Below are positions 30,201-41,800 of a stretch of 64,000 nucleotides of DNA, piece after piece. The notes beneath the pieces were generated by a model, which saw only the letters and a program-made list of their open reading frames with translations, did not search any database and was not told the origin of the DNA. This DNA comes from a virus (Duplodnaviria > Caudoviricetes), in IMG/VR virus record IMGVR_UViG_3300042900_000746, positions 32,001 through 96,000 of that record. One strand, given 5' to 3'. The first letter of the stretch is position 1, and every line of letters begins with the position of its first letter. The translations under genes were made by a program, and so were the position numbers.

Positions 30201-33200
30201 TATTTGTACTTTGTAAATTATTTACAAAATCTGAACCCAATAGAATTGAGAACTCATCTAAAGCTCCAGCTGAACCATTTCCAGTAGTATCATTGAATTT
30301 TGCGATAGGATTTGCAATAATTCCAGATCCAGTAAGTATATTTTTATAAAACTCTGGAAATTCATTTTCGTTATCAGGGTCTAAACTAAACGCATCAAAA
30401 AATATTTGTTTAACACTTTCATAATTATGATAACCAAATCTAAATTGATCCCAGATATCTTCAGCCTGCCTTAAGGTTCTGCCATCTCCAGCAATGACTG
30501 ACACTGAGGCATCAAAGTTTTCATCATAATATGATCTAGCCTCAACGCTAACTATATCTAACGGAGAATAAACTGGAGCAAATGAAACTCTTCCAGTTCC
30601 AGAATCACCTCCCGTTGTAGTTAATTCATCATCTAGTATTTCATAGAGATTATCTCTTTTTAGACTATCATAGTCATCGCCAGTAGCATCTATGACGGCC
30701 TGGAAATAAGTTTTTTGATCACCTTCTTTTACGACATTTAATGCATTACCGCCGTATTGCAAACCTTCGACATTTGATACCATATTAGTATCCAATGGCT
30801 TATACGCATTTAATGAATCATTTATGGCGATAGCTCTTCTTTCTATCGTATCTGCCGAACCACTTCTATCTCCTGATGCTGTTCTTTGTATTGCATAATT
30901 TACATCACCTTCTTTTGGTTTAAAGGATCCAAAACCAATTAACTGAACTTCATCTCCCTCAATTTTTTCTCCATTTTCACCCTTTAATGAGAAGTCTGAC
31001 ACTGGTGCAACTGCATCTGCTATAACTCCAACAGGAACATTATCCGGAACAAATGCCATAAAGCATTCTTGCATAATGGGATAAGGTCTAAATCCAGAAT
31101 TTCTCCAGTTATTCATATCTCCACCACCACCCTGTGCTGCCCTAGAGACGACCATGTCTTCTTCTTTAGAATTTCGTGTAATTACACCTAAGTAATAAGC
31201 TGCATCTGGCGACACTACTGCATCAGACAATTGATAATCCTTAGCGGTGCCGTCACTATCAACTCCACTAATTGTTTTTTGACTACCCCATAAGAAGTAT
31301 GCTGGACGACAAACCACCGCTCTTCTATTGGTAGGGTTGTAAACTAAAACTTTTCTAGATTTATAATCTTTTACTGTTCCATATAGATCTTCAAAATCAT
31401 AATTAGATTTAAATTGACTAATAGTATCTTCATCTGCGCCAGTTCTATTGGTTTCACTCTGGGAGACTGGGTTATATGGCCATCTCATGGCTATATAGAA
31501 TTGTTCGTCTTCAGCTGTAGCTGGAGTACCCCATTCCTTATAGGTTAATTCTCCATAATTATCTGATTGATATTCAAAAGAAAAATCATCATCAACATTT
31601 TCTTTTTTTATTACACCTGAACCAATAGACCCTGCTGCATTAGTCGAGAGATCTATTCTTGGCAGCGGGACCATTACTTTTCGTGCTTCTGGATATAATT
31701 TTATTGCTTCTTGATTAAGTTGTCCAAAATTTAATGGATTATCAAGATTAATGGTGTCATCAGACGGGATCAGTGTTTGTTTTGTTTCTTCAAAGAAAAT
31801 ATATTCTAAACTTTGAAGTTTTAATAAATTATTATAATAGTCCTTATTACCTTCAGTTATATGATCTCCATCACTGTCGTCCATATGATCTTTGATATCA
31901 CGTGCCAAAGAAATAAACGGAGCATTAATTAATTGATCGTCAGGGAGATCTTCATTTGCGGTAAAGTATGGGAAACTGTATCTTGGCGGAAGATTGGGCA
32001 GCTGCTTATGTTTATCTTGTTGTATAGCTAGGGTATCTTCTGTTCCGCCACCAACGACTCCTACTGGTAAGTGTAAACCAACATTAACATAACCTTTAGA
32101 TACTGGCAATTTAGCTAATATTTTAGTTGTGTCAGATGGATCGTAATATGTCATAGACGGTTCTGAATAAAAGTTTAATATTTTTCCAGCTACTTTTGAT
32201 GTAGGTGCGTAGACGCCACCAGAAGTTAACATGGATTGAGACATATCCTGAATTGTTTGACTTGGCTCTGATGCTTGAAAAAAGGCTGCGTAGTCAGCAA
32301 GGGGGTTGGAGTCTTTATTGATTTTATCTAAAATAGATATAAGATCTTGATCTGGTTGCTTCATCTGAGGAGGAATGATTCCTAATTCCTCAGCTTTTTC
32401 TTGCCCAGGAAAACCTGTTGTAATTGGGACTACACCAGATGTATAAAGCCAATGTGGTTTGCCATAAAATACTGTCGACCTATCTTCAAATGGTCTAACC
32501 GCTACAATATAATTAGGTAGCAATCTTGCGCACATTTGAAATAAATCCCAAACAGTTCTCATATAAGTTTGAGCTTTAAACGAGACTTCGTCAAAACCGG
32601 GTAAATCATCATCAGAATTAGGAGATATAATTCCCATAGTTCTGAATAGATTAGTTCCACCTCTGCCACGTAGTACTCCAAGCAACCCTGATCCAGCTAT
32701 GGCTGCAGTAACCGGTCCTCCTAGTGCAAAAACTCCTGCGGTTATACCAGCGCCGAATAAACCTTTGACTAATCCAGCTCTTCCTTCTGAATTTACAAGT
32801 TGGTTATCTTCTGTTAAGAAATCTAATGTGCTATTTGCTCCAGTATCTAATAGGCCATCATTTTCTAACTCTGAATTAGAAATTAAGTCATTCCAAGTTC
32901 TATCGGTCAACCTGCCAAGATAGCCTTCCATTCTTTCATTGTGGCTATTTTCTTGGGTAAGAGATGATGCCGTAGACCATCCATCATCTAGGTCACCACC
33001 AAGAAATTGAGCAATGCCCGTTCCATTTCCGGGATAAATATTTCTTTTATATATTTCAAGATCTACTTGAGCGCAGAAGTTAGCAAATAATTGGCTAACT
33101 GCGGAAAATGTATTGCCTCTATAATTCATGCTAAAACCCTCGGTAATTCCAACAGCTTTATTCATGAAACTATTATTGCTTCCAGCAATACTAAATGCTC

Positions 33201-36200
33201 CAGTTATACTATCCCGAACAGCGTCATTCTTTGCCCGCTCTCCTGTAGTCAATGGCTCATACAAAATATTGCCAAAGTGTCTAATGCCAAATCTATTTTC
33301 AGAAAATACTGTTCCTCTTGTCGCATGAGCTATAGCTTCTCTTGTCCTAGAAGCGCCCATAGAAAGTAGTCTTACCATTAAGTCTCTAGGCTCTGACATA
33401 TACATGCCAGTATCAACGCCGCCATCGATCTTTCCGCTACTGCCTTTTTTATTTACTGAATTGATTACTGCGCCTAATTCAATTGCGTCTGACTGTGCTG
33501 TAATTGTGACAATTTCACCTTGTTCAACATTGGTAATAACTCCATTGAAAAGAGTTTGCAGTGAGTTTGGATTTGATCCATAACCTGCTCTTAAATGAAC
33601 CCTTACTCCTGGCTTTAATCGTATATTAGCTATATCAACAACATATTCATTTCTCATATGTCCAAGAATATTTTTTGACATATTTAAAGTTCTTTCAATA
33701 ATAGAACTTAAACCATCAGTTAAAGAAAGTGGGTCATTATTTCCTTCAGTATCATTAGGGTTAAATATTTTACTAGATTCATTCTTTGTTAATTTACTGT
33801 AAAGATTAGAAACTCTGAAAATTAAAGTATCACCTAATAAATCTTCTGAGCTTACTACAGAGAAGTCAATAATAGATTGTAGACCATAGAAGTTGTCGAA
33901 CAGTTTAACGCCCGCAAACATACCGCCTTCATCTATTAACCATAACATATATGTTGGAAACGCGCGTAGCATTCGGCCTGACACATCTCGGTAAGATGCA
34001 TCGACCATCATAGTCTCCCAATGTGATTGCACATCACCTGTATAGGCGTTTTGGTATTCAGAAACTGCTTTTGCCCCAGAGACACCTGTATTAACAGTGG
34101 TATTTCCAGTTTCTGGAGTCTGTACATCTTTTATGAAATTAGATGAAAATTTGGTAACCCCTGAATTGGCGGAATCACTTTCATCGGTGACCTTCTTAAT
34201 ATTCGTGCCATTAGCGGTTAAGTAGAATCTACCATTGTCTCTACTAATATATCCAAAATGAGTGCCTGCTGCAGTTTGCAAGATCGATGGAATTTTATTA
34301 TCTAATATATCAGCTGGATCTGATGCAGGTACTGTAAAAATTTGTTTATGAAAATCAACTTCATCTGGATCAAAACTGACAAATTCTTCACCTTGTATGT
34401 TAAAGGCTCCGCTCAAAGCTGCTTCAATAGAATTAGCGTTTGCTGCATCATTCGGAGATAAGTCTCCCTGCTGAAAACGAGCTGGAGTAACTGCATCAAA
34501 GAATGGATTTGTTTCACTAGTTTCTTCAGTTAATGTAATGAAATCAGTCAATAGTTGCACATTTGTGGCACTGCTATAGTCTGTGTTGCCGGTAACAACA
34601 TTTCTTAGTAAATGAATAAATCTAGATAATCCAATTTGATTTGCAATTATGTAATCTTTCATTTGCTGCACAACGTCTGAAGAAGCTATAGTATCTTCTC
34701 TATTATTGTATAACTGAATAAATTCTAATATTTTTGCAGTTATCCCTAAGCCATCAGAACCTTCACCGCCCCATCCACCTGAACCATCGGAATGAGTATC
34801 AAAATTATAGTCTTGAATTTTTGAATGCTGTGTACTAAAGCTGTTTACTACATCTCTATCAAACATTTCAAAACTTCTGAAGTAATAATCTGGATCTAAA
34901 TGCCCTACAACATCTCCGTCAGAATTTTTTAAACTTAAAGGAAAATCTGGATACGCATTGAACGTTCCCCAGAATTGTTTAATTCTTAAAAATGGATTTT
35001 TCTTTGTACTGAATTGTTGTATTAATTCTTTTTGCTGAGTACTGCTAAGTTCTTCTCGTTTTTGTTGGAATATGTCAAAGTCTATTAGAGTTAATTGGAC
35101 ACTGTATGCGTGAGGATAATTAGGTATCGTACTAACATTATAACTTAGTGGTAAGACATATTTAATTCCGCACAGTGCCGTAATAATATTCTTAATACCT
35201 AAGAAGCCAATTACTCCAGTAGCGTGCTCTAGTCTTGCTAAATTAGATATATGATCAAAAACATTTTTTAATTTAATTAATTCTTTTTCACCAATTACAG
35301 TCATAGATATACTGATACTGCTGTCCCTGCCACCAATGTGCTGATAGGTTGGCTCATCTTGCATTTGTATTTGTAATTTAGCCAGGCTGTTACCCATGGA
35401 TACTGTCACGCCATTAATAATCACGGCATGAGGATCTAAGTCAACCCGTATCATCGGAACTTCCCATTCTTTGAATGAGTAACCACTTTCCCTAATTACA
35501 TTTCCATCTTCATCTATATTGTAATTACCTTTGGCTCTTGCTGCTTCCATTAAAGATTGAATAGGCCCACTCATAAAAAATCTTTGATATAAAGACACAC
35601 TAAATGCTTGAGCTAATTCATTTTGAACACTTTTTTCAATAGAAGTTCTCATTTCATCTGTAAGATCTGGAATTCCAAGTTTACGTATCTTTTCTTCAGT
35701 TATTCCACTCTTTATTAAGTCTAAGTAAGATACTGGATCTCTTGAAATATCAGTGAATGAATCTTTCATACCATTAAGGGATACATTATTTATAAACTTT
35801 CCTTGGAAAATGTATGTGCCCTGTTCAGGATAATTCGCTGCTGAAGTATTAAAGTTATTCTTTAGCCAATCTGCTTGAGTCTTAGTGATGCTTTTATTTT
35901 CAGCAATAAATGAGGTGACAAAAAACGCATATATCTGTTCAGCTTTATCGTCTGATGTAATACCGGCTGTCAATATATCTATAGAATCTTTTATTGTATT
36001 CGCTATTGATTTAGAATAAGAGTCTGAAAGTGATATATCTTGAACTTCTGCTAAAGACACCCCATATGATTCTGATTGATTAATATCTATGCCAAACCTA
36101 GAAAGTATTCCTTGCCAAGTATTTTGCCCTAGATCAGTTAACGTTTTTTCCTGTTTAGTTCTGAATGAAGATGTATCAGGCAAATAAATCTTTGTTTGAG

Positions 36201-38391
36201 TTTCAGCTGGGGCAAATAGAGAAATATTGTTTCCATTTTTCCATTCAGAAATTACGTTAATATTTAATACATCATTATCAAATACATTCGGCGGAACTGC
36301 GGGTGTTTCAGGATCTGTGTCAATATCAGAATCAGTTATGCCAATAGCAAAACCAAAGTCAGTTACAGTTTTTCCAGTAACAGTTTTAGCGGTTAAATCC
36401 ACTTCTTTTACATCAGACTGCTTTAATAGAAATTCTTCATTAACATAGTCATGAAGATGTCCTGCGGCCTTGCCCATATAATGACGATATTTACCCCAAT
36501 GAATTGCTTGATTAAAGTCTTTGATCATTGGAAGAAATGGTTGGTGATTAAAATTCAATAATTCAATATCAACAGCGAGTGCAAAAGGATAATTTGGAAT
36601 AGTTGAAATACTCATACTAGAAAGGGCTACTGCTGTTATTCCGTGAACAGTATTTAAGTAATTATTCTTAATAGGGAGAATTGGAGAATATTTAAACGCC
36701 GCGACTAGGCCTCTTAGTGAGGAAAGAAATTTATCTATCTTTATTTCAGTATCTCCACCATTTTTAAAATCAATTTTAAATGTATCATTTAAATCTATTC
36801 TCGACAAGGCGTCTACTGACAATCCCCAAATTTCTTCATAGTTTGGAAAAAACAATCTCATTCTAATACTGGTCTCTTTATATCCAGAATTAAACTTAGG
36901 ACTGTTCTTCTGCCTAATGGCCGCACCAGTAAGGCTTCCAGTTTTAAAATTAGAATTTACATCTATTGATACAGGGGGAACATAGAAGTTTGCTGCACCC
37001 AATCTTAGGTGAAAATTATCTGGAGTATTTGGAGCTATATTAGCTCTGAATGGTGATGTCTTCAATACATTTTGAATACGTTGCGATGTATTAGTGAACT
37101 TGTAAGCCATCTGGAAAATTGCTCTTGCAGTTTGACCAATGGCAACAAAGTTTCCATAATCAGTAGCTGTAAGTACAGAGGTAACACCAAAAGCTTTTTC
37201 TAAAGATAATGCAAAGTCATCTGCGTTATTGAGGGTATCTTCTTCTCCTCCGCCTTTACCATTATCGGAATAATCTCCAACAACTGCTAGTGCATCGACC
37301 AGGAAGGTTGTTAAACTTGGGAAGTAAAAACTTATCGCTGCAAAAGTTAAGGGATCATGTTTCAACCTTTGTATTACTTCGCCTAATGAAATTAACCAGG
37401 GTAGATCTACAGTAGGATCTACTACATCATTTGCAGATCTCTTCAGTGTAAATTTATTTCTAAGCCTTTTCTTTGCAAACTCTGATATTTCATAGGCATA
37501 AGATGCTAGGTGGAGTAGGCCAATTTCTTCTATTTTATTCATTATAGTTTCAAAATTATTTCTTCCAGATGACTGTTCTGCTAAACCATTCAATCCTTCA
37601 AGATTTAAATTTGAAAAAACTCTACTAAAACTATTGACATACTTAAGGGATGATTCATAATTTTCATATGTAATACCATCTAAATTTCTTCCCTTAAAAG
37701 TTCTTTCCAAAACTCCAGGATAATATGAACCTAAGGAAAATAGACTATAAATATCTTCAAGCTGTCCAATATCTGATTCTATAACCGTATCTTCTGAATT
37801 ATCCCTCTCTTCACCATCAGTTGCGTCTTCAGGATTTTCTGTATTAGAATCTTTAAATGAAGATATTCTACTTTTAACAAATTCCAAAAAACATCTATAT
37901 ATTCTAAAACCAAATATGATAAAAACGTTTTGGTCATACTTAGCATTAATAAAATTATTTTGATAAAAATGAACTCTTATTTGAGCCATTGTTGTAGATG
38001 GAGTTAGCTCATATTCCGTTGCATAAAACCTCAATATGTCTTCTGTCCACGTTTTAGCAACTGCATTTCCTACAAGAGTGGCTATGCATGAACTATACGC
38101 ATCGACTGCTATTTGGTCATTTTCATCTAAAAATATTAATTGAGATAAATTTAAATCATAATCTTTTAACTCAATTTTTTCTGAATTAGAATTAAATTCT
38201 CCGGATCCATCTTTAATGAGATCTCTCATTTTAAGATATTGATCTGCCTCACTGTACGGAGTATAAGATGTCTCTTCATCATTCCCTATTGAGGGATCCA
38301 ATAATAGGTCAATATACCTCGCAAGTGAATCTAGCGCATTATTGCTTTTTAATGTTGTTAGCGCGTTAAATGATTGGGGACTGATAGCCAT
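27205..38391 (-). CDS. Giant baseplate hub fusion protein (3728 aa) with a C-terminal thermonuclease (SNase)-like domain
   Basis: Hub-like segments LKPGVRVHLRAGYG...FNGVI...ITAQS and GELIVIGNSDIRPHD...FEVEQVVHHF...GYITSI; SNase-like VDGDT...VRFDGMNTSE...DVFQRTIG...LNWELVVNNLARVY. Confidence 0.75.
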   Translation of the reverse strand: MAISPQSFNALTTLKSNNALDSLARYIDLLLDPSIGNDEETSYTPYSEADQYLKMRDLIKDGSGEFNSNSEKIELKDYDLNLSQLIFLDENDQIAVDAYSSCIATLVGNAVAKTWTEDILRFYATEYELTPSTTMAQIRVHFYQNNFINAKYDQNVFIIFGFRIYRCFLEFVKSRISSFKDSNTENPEDATDGEERDNSEDTVIESDIGQLEDIYSLFSLGSYYPGVLERTFKGRNLDGITYENYESSLKYVNSFSRVFSNLNLEGLNGLAEQSSGRNNFETIMNKIEEIGLLHLASYAYEISEFAKKRLRNKFTLKRSANDVVDPTVDLPWLISLGEVIQRLKHDPLTFAAISFYFPSLTTFLVDALAVVGDYSDNGKGGGEEDTLNNADDFALSLEKAFGVTSVLTATDYGNFVAIGQTARAIFQMAYKFTNTSQRIQNVLKTSPFRANIAPNTPDNFHLRLGAANFYVPPVSIDVNSNFKTGSLTGAAIRQKNSPKFNSGYKETSIRMRLFFPNYEEIWGLSVDALSRIDLNDTFKIDFKNGGDTEIKIDKFLSSLRGLVAAFKYSPILPIKNNYLNTVHGITAVALSSMSISTIPNYPFALAVDIELLNFNHQPFLPMIKDFNQAIHWGKYRHYMGKAAGHLHDYVNEEFLLKQSDVKEVDLTAKTVTGKTVTDFGFAIGITDSDIDTDPETPAVPPNVFDNDVLNINVISEWKNGNNISLFAPAETQTKIYLPDTSSFRTKQEKTLTDLGQNTWQGILSRFGIDINQSESYGVSLAEVQDISLSDSYSKSIANTIKDSIDILTAGITSDDKAEQIYAFFVTSFIAENKSITKTQADWLKNNFNTSAANYPEQGTYIFQGKFINNVSLNGMKDSFTDISRDPVSYLDLIKSGITEEKIRKLGIPDLTDEMRTSIEKSVQNELAQAFSVSLYQRFFMSGPIQSLMEAARAKGNYNIDEDGNVIRESGYSFKEWEVPMIRVDLDPHAVIINGVTVSMGNSLAKLQIQMQDEPTYQHIGGRDSSISISMTVIGEKELIKLKNVFDHISNLARLEHATGVIGFLGIKNIITALCGIKYVLPLSYNVSTIPNYPHAYSVQLTLIDFDIFQQKREELSSTQQKELIQQFSTKKNPFLRIKQFWGTFNAYPDFPLSLKNSDGDVVGHLDPDYYFRSFEMFDRDVVNSFSTQHSKIQDYNFDTHSDGSGGWGGEGSDGLGITAKILEFIQLYNNREDTIASSDVVQQMKDYIIANQIGLSRFIHLLRNVVTGNTDYSSATNVQLLTDFITLTEETSETNPFFDAVTPARFQQGDLSPNDAANANSIEAALSGAFNIQGEEFVSFDPDEVDFHKQIFTVPASDPADILDNKIPSILQTAAGTHFGYISRDNGRFYLTANGTNIKKVTDESDSANSGVTKFSSNFIKDVQTPETGNTTVNTGVSGAKAVSEYQNAYTGDVQSHWETMMVDASYRDVSGRMLRAFPTYMLWLIDEGGMFAGVKLFDNFYGLQSIIDFSVVSSEDLLGDTLIFRVSNLYSKLTKNESSKIFNPNDTEGNNDPLSLTDGLSSIIERTLNMSKNILGHMRNEYVVDIANIRLKPGVRVHLRAGYGSNPNSLQTLFNGVITNVEQGEIVTITAQSDAIELGAVINSVNKKGSSGKIDGGVDTGMYMSEPRDLMVRLLSMGASRTREAIAHATRGTVFSENRFGIRHFGNILYEPLTTGERAKNDAVRDSITGAFSIAGSNNSFMNKAVGITEGFSMNYRGNTFSAVSQLFANFCAQVDLEIYKRNIYPGNGTGIAQFLGGDLDDGWSTASSLTQENSHNERMEGYLGRLTDRTWNDLISNSELENDGLLDTGANSTLDFLTEDNQLVNSEGRAGLVKGLFGAGITAGVFALGGPVTAAIAGSGLLGVLRGRGGTNLFRTMGIISPNSDDDLPGFDEVSFKAQTYMRTVWDLFQMCARLLPNYIVAVRPFEDRSTVFYGKPHWLYTSGVVPITTGFPGQEKAEELGIIPPQMKQPDQDLISILDKINKDSNPLADYAAFFQASEPSQTIQDMSQSMLTSGGVYAPTSKVAGKILNFYSEPSMTYYDPSDTTKILAKLPVSKGYVNVGLHLPVGVVGGGTEDTLAIQQDKHKQLPNLPPRYSFPYFTANEDLPDDQLINAPFISLARDIKDHMDDSDGDHITEGNKDYYNNLLKLQSLEYIFFEETKQTLIPSDDTINLDNPLNFGQLNQEAIKLYPEARKVMVPLPRIDLSTNAAGSIGSGVIKKENVDDDFSFEYQSDNYGELTYKEWGTPATAEDEQFYIAMRWPYNPVSQSETNRTGADEDTISQFKSNYDFEDLYGTVKDYKSRKVLVYNPTNRRAVVCRPAYFLWGSQKTISGVDSDGTAKDYQLSDAVVSPDAAYYLGVITRNSKEEDMVVSRAAQGGGGDMNNWRNSGFRPYPIMQECFMAFVPDNVPVGVIADAVAPVSDFSLKGENGEKIEGDEVQLIGFGSFKPKEGDVNYAIQRTASGDRSGSADTIERRAIAINDSLNAYKPLDTNMVSNVEGLQYGGNALNVVKEGDQKTYFQAVIDATGDDYDSLKRDNLYEILDDELTTTGGDSGTGRVSFAPVYSPLDIVSVEARSYYDENFDASVSVIAGDGRTLRQAEDIWDQFRFGYHNYESVKQIFFDAFSLDPDNENEFPEFYKNILTGSGIIANPIAKFNDTTGNGSAGALDEFSILLGSDFVNNLQSTNNSSSESSADSTSNQNFKEAIEFARANYIDTSIDKGGIVEYFNAVVVKSLTSINKNFLDNATVNNVLSFSLSADTDNPTLKSELAKKIKTPKQLFLLMVGIFRQRMWEDPYARAWLVLKPDRKKTGDDQWSFKPVDKIFRAFIDPYSDYAKPGKNDKFLKLLAATKGEGNSSTNIVGESADGINDFWNANVGPIFTAIGDGLTGLMSMFQLSMQQMGYALSEAGNFKKQANILNKALNDSIYYSLGRPGTLLRAVDNPFTREYGEPVIEVREPFQRLHYISSFSHILSNEIQENINGVATTVTAVSDGKYPVTVALDKGAPAERQVEKTIETGLYFDNMTGSGFTGFLHPLMHPLETISGIAKNVQGAPDELSARRVALSHLKESIKDIYGGELIVIGNSDIRPHDLIYLADVYERMYGIFEVEQVVHHFTAELGYITSITPNALVTVNDPARWFMTSWIHSWMNVQTIRNDTRMYLSRIRSGNSGVSVGGNVSMDALGEALSPQLLGGLQFTHGSSALVKDVMANQTAQSLPDAKDQLIALASANGGGAGVGFKMLAGGLAAGALLGAVTPIGLVGAAIGGPLVGQLAWKGWSWIRDKVLDQHGCYVQYLSKNGQPMDAGLSYNQGMVVGKYHSKALLPGILGVRAKVRTPEGNAYIRSDDLFKSLGWNESQITDLVRYVSYENALVHARVLKMAGLGPEKAGLEPQFKVLCKVIHFVDGDTIEVEDVLSGATFKVRFDGMNTSEINTMEGKVGYPDTPANPITANDTISLLDLSTPGGKAKLFTTKALTDKIFVLRVNPTRVGKTAVLEQDYEAGASQNIDANYVRDVFQRTIGTIFYYLPEVNIEKHKINIRNLFRSNQESLDTVQTKVQDSMYDESPFRVKFNEIYSKIANTVKEDYFDDLDNLDPLHGLSEQYVKKYNILVYMKILEEIYNVVSEWPQVSWDEYYEDGHPYTLNWELVVNNLARVYVADLQAESDSVTTAEESAAMPIVVGGTV

Positions 38392-38400
38392 GTAATTTTC

Positions 38401-38844
38401 CTATTTAAACATCATATTATTTTTAACTATATTGCTAATTTTATTACTAGATGATCCAGTCGCAGACATCGAACTGTAATTATCCATTATACTATAGTTT
38501 TTATCAACAGGTGCCATATTAAAATTAAAGTTTTCATTATTATGAGATACTTGGTTTTTATTATATCGGGCATTTTGTATAGCTTTATTGTCATAGCCCA
38601 CACCATCCATTTGTAGGACAGTGGAGGAACTATTCTGCAGGCCTTCGTATGAGCCTTTTAGCTTGGCAGAATTAGATTTTCTAACAGTAGCTTTTGATTC
38701 ACCAATAGTTTTATTTGCAGAAGACTTACTGGAAGAGATCTTACCTGAGTAAGCATCTGCATTTTGTTTTCTATAAGATGTATCTTTTGGACGACCAGCT
38801 GCACTACTCAGTTTTTTATTTTGGTCACCTGCACCAAAAATCAT
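38401..38844 (-). CDS. Hypothetical low-complexity S/N/K-rich protein (147 aa)
   Basis: Fills the gap between two large genes in operon orientation, with an AGG RBS-like sequence. Confidence 0.65.
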   Translation of the reverse strand: MIFGAGDQNKKLSSAAGRPKDTSYRKQNADAYSGKISSSKSSANKTIGESKATVRKSNSAKLKGSYEGLQNSSSTVLQMDGVGYDNKAIQNARYNKNQVSHNNENFNFNMAPVDKNYSIMDNYSSMSATGSSSNKISNIVKNNMMFK

Positions 38845-38856
38845 AAATACCTAACC

Positions 38857-41800
38857 TTAATAATTGGCTGCCATTTCCGCATATGGATCCTGGGCTACAT
38901 TGGGGATTCTATTATACATAGTAGTGTTGATATTGCCATTAACTAACCCTCCTGCAGCAGCATTAAATCTTCCGACGGTGTCTTGGTCTCCATATAAGTT
39001 TACTTTGTAACTGACGCCAGGATCATAACCTGGTCCTCCAAAGGTGCCAATTTGTGGAACTCGATTTGGATAACCGCTTTCATAGGCGGATCCGCCTGGA
39101 AGTAGTGGGGGGCCAGCCATATCTTCGTGAGTCCTATCCCTGATCTCTGAATAGGCCAAGCTTCCTGCTATTAAGCCTCCAATTGCCAGGGCGCCTTTCT
39201 TGATAGTAGGATTTTTGAAAAGATCTTTAAGATCTCCCATTTTTTCGCCTATTCTTTTATATACTGCTTTGTTCTCTACGAGTCCATCGTCTAGGTCTGT
39301 AATTGAATTAATGATATTATCAGCTAGTCCATCATCTCCAAATGCTGTTCTGGCAGCATCAGCATCTAATACACCAGCTGTTCCTAGGGTCCCTGGTGTT
39401 ACATCATCTATTAGGCCTGTCGATGGATCAATATTTATTAATCCAGCTTGCGCTAGTTCATCTTTTTGCATTTGAGCTCTTATTAATGCTACCTGATGAT
39501 TAGCGTTTCCTCGTACCAAATCGTCAGCAATTTCATCTGACTGACCTAGTAAAGCTCTAAAAACATCATTTTGTTCGTTAGTTGTTTCGAAGATATCGAG
39601 CATTGTGTTCGTGCCGTCATCTATTCTTTGCTGGGCTTCTTTCACGGACTTTAGTCTTTTTTTAGCTTCTATTTCCAAGTCCTCCATAGTGCCTTTATTT
39701 CCGAGGCTAGCTCTGACTTGATTGGCGTAATCTTGATCAAAAGATTCATAATGTTTTACTCTTCTGTACGTTCTAACATCTTGTATTGCTTTAGCTGCCC
39801 TTTCCGCGTCCTCTGGTAGCTCTCCTGCTTGCAGCGACGTTAAATGTCTTAAGCCTCCAATATCAACTCTAGTTCCAGCTGTTACTTTATCTATTGCATT
39901 TACTAAATCTACTGATGACATTCCGACTAATTGAGAAGCTTGACCTATATCTCTTAGTACCTTTTCGCCTATATTATCCAAAAGTGCAGAGTGATTAAAT
40001 AATTCAGTTTGATTCATTGTCTTAATGCTATCTGTGGTCGTATTGAATATCCTATCTAGCTCATCCTTATGGGTAGCAATAATTGATCGAGCAACTGAAT
40101 CAGCTTCCCTAGAAGTTCGTGTTGAAGATAAAATGTCGTCAGATGGAATCCTAGATATTGAGGACCTGTTCACAGAATCAAGATATGAAGAATATCGAAC
40201 GCCTACGTCATGCACCCTGGATATTGATGCAAATGAGTGGTCTGCGTTTAGGCCAATTCTTTTTATTAATTCCTCTTTAATCTTACTTGCATCATTAGAA
40301 GCGGATATATCTTTTAATTCTTTTAATGTTTTGTCTAAATCAACAGCTGTTGCAAGCCCTTGCCTTTGAGCGTCTTCCATACCTGTAATCATATTGTCTA
40401 ATATAGATTTTGTGTCTGTGTCTCTAATTCTATCTTTCAGTAGAAACTCATCAATACCTAATAGAAGACTATCGTCAGAGGAGCCAACTGCGCGCGAGAA
40501 GCCAATCATTTTTCCTAGTCCCTCGATGCTTTGTTCACCAAAAACGTCAAGCCCTAAATCTGCTCCAGACAGTCCTAATTTTACTAGCGCTTTTTGAACT
40601 CCTACATCTTTCATATAATTAGCATTATCAGCTGAAGATAGAAGGCTTCCTACATTTTGAGATAGATTCCTCGAGGAGGCAAAACTTACACCAACGGAGG
40701 CGTCAATTGCCTCGTCCTGTGCTAGTAGGCCAATCTTATAGTTTTTCAGCATGTACTCTTTGGTTGCTTTAGAGGTACCTGCATCATTTAAGAATGCTTC
40801 ATATTGATTCAATACACTGCCAACTGTCATCGATCTATTGACGTACACTCCAAGAATATCTCCACCTTCAATAGCTTTTTTGACACTAAAATCATCTATT
40901 GCTGTCTGAAAAATTGCCCGCAGAGCCGGGTCTGTCTCATAGGTGGATTCCATCATCTTTAGCATTTCTTCAAAATCTGCGGCTTTTGAAAATTTATTTA
41001 TCATTTTTTGATCAAAATTGTTTGCTCTCATTGTTTCCAGGAAATCATCCTTCATGTCAAAAGAACCTGATTCTATAAAAGCTTTAAATATTCCTTCTCT
41101 AGTATAATCTGGTCGTTTGCTTAAATCTTTGACACTCAATGTAGAAGACCCATATCTTTTTATTTTTTCCGCTCTTTTTATGTCTAATTTTTGTATTGTA
41201 GTTACTCCACGTGCTTCTAAATCTCCAAAAACATTTACTATAGCTTGTTCAAAATCATCTATATGATTTAAGGATAGTGTTTTGTCTTTTTTGACAATTT
41301 GTCCTTTAACAGTTGTTTGGTCAGTATGTTTACCATCTAGTATGTCTTGAAGAATTCTGTACGTTTTTTTATGGGCTGTATTGCTAGTTGATTGTGTTAA
41401 AGAGTCTAAGGATTTTCTAAATTCCATAACTGAAGAAGAATCTTCCCTACCCCCAAATAGACCCCTAATAGTATCTTGATCCATATTCATTCTAGCAAAT
41501 ATTAATTCTTCCGGGCCAGATGGCTGACGACTAATGTTGAACCCTAATCGAGTTAATCCTTGATTATCTTTATATGTTAAAACTTTTTCTAACACCTTGT
41601 CGTCTAAGTCGAATCCACCAAGAGCATGTCTGTATTTACCAATAGAGTCAGCCGGCAACATCATTTTATGGCCACTAACTCTAAACTTTAATATGTCGTG
41701 TTTTACATCGCCTAAACCCTCTATCGATATACGATCATATCCCCTGCCTTTATTCAGAATCATCTTTCCTTTTTCGGTTCCCATTAAAATTGCTTCACTG

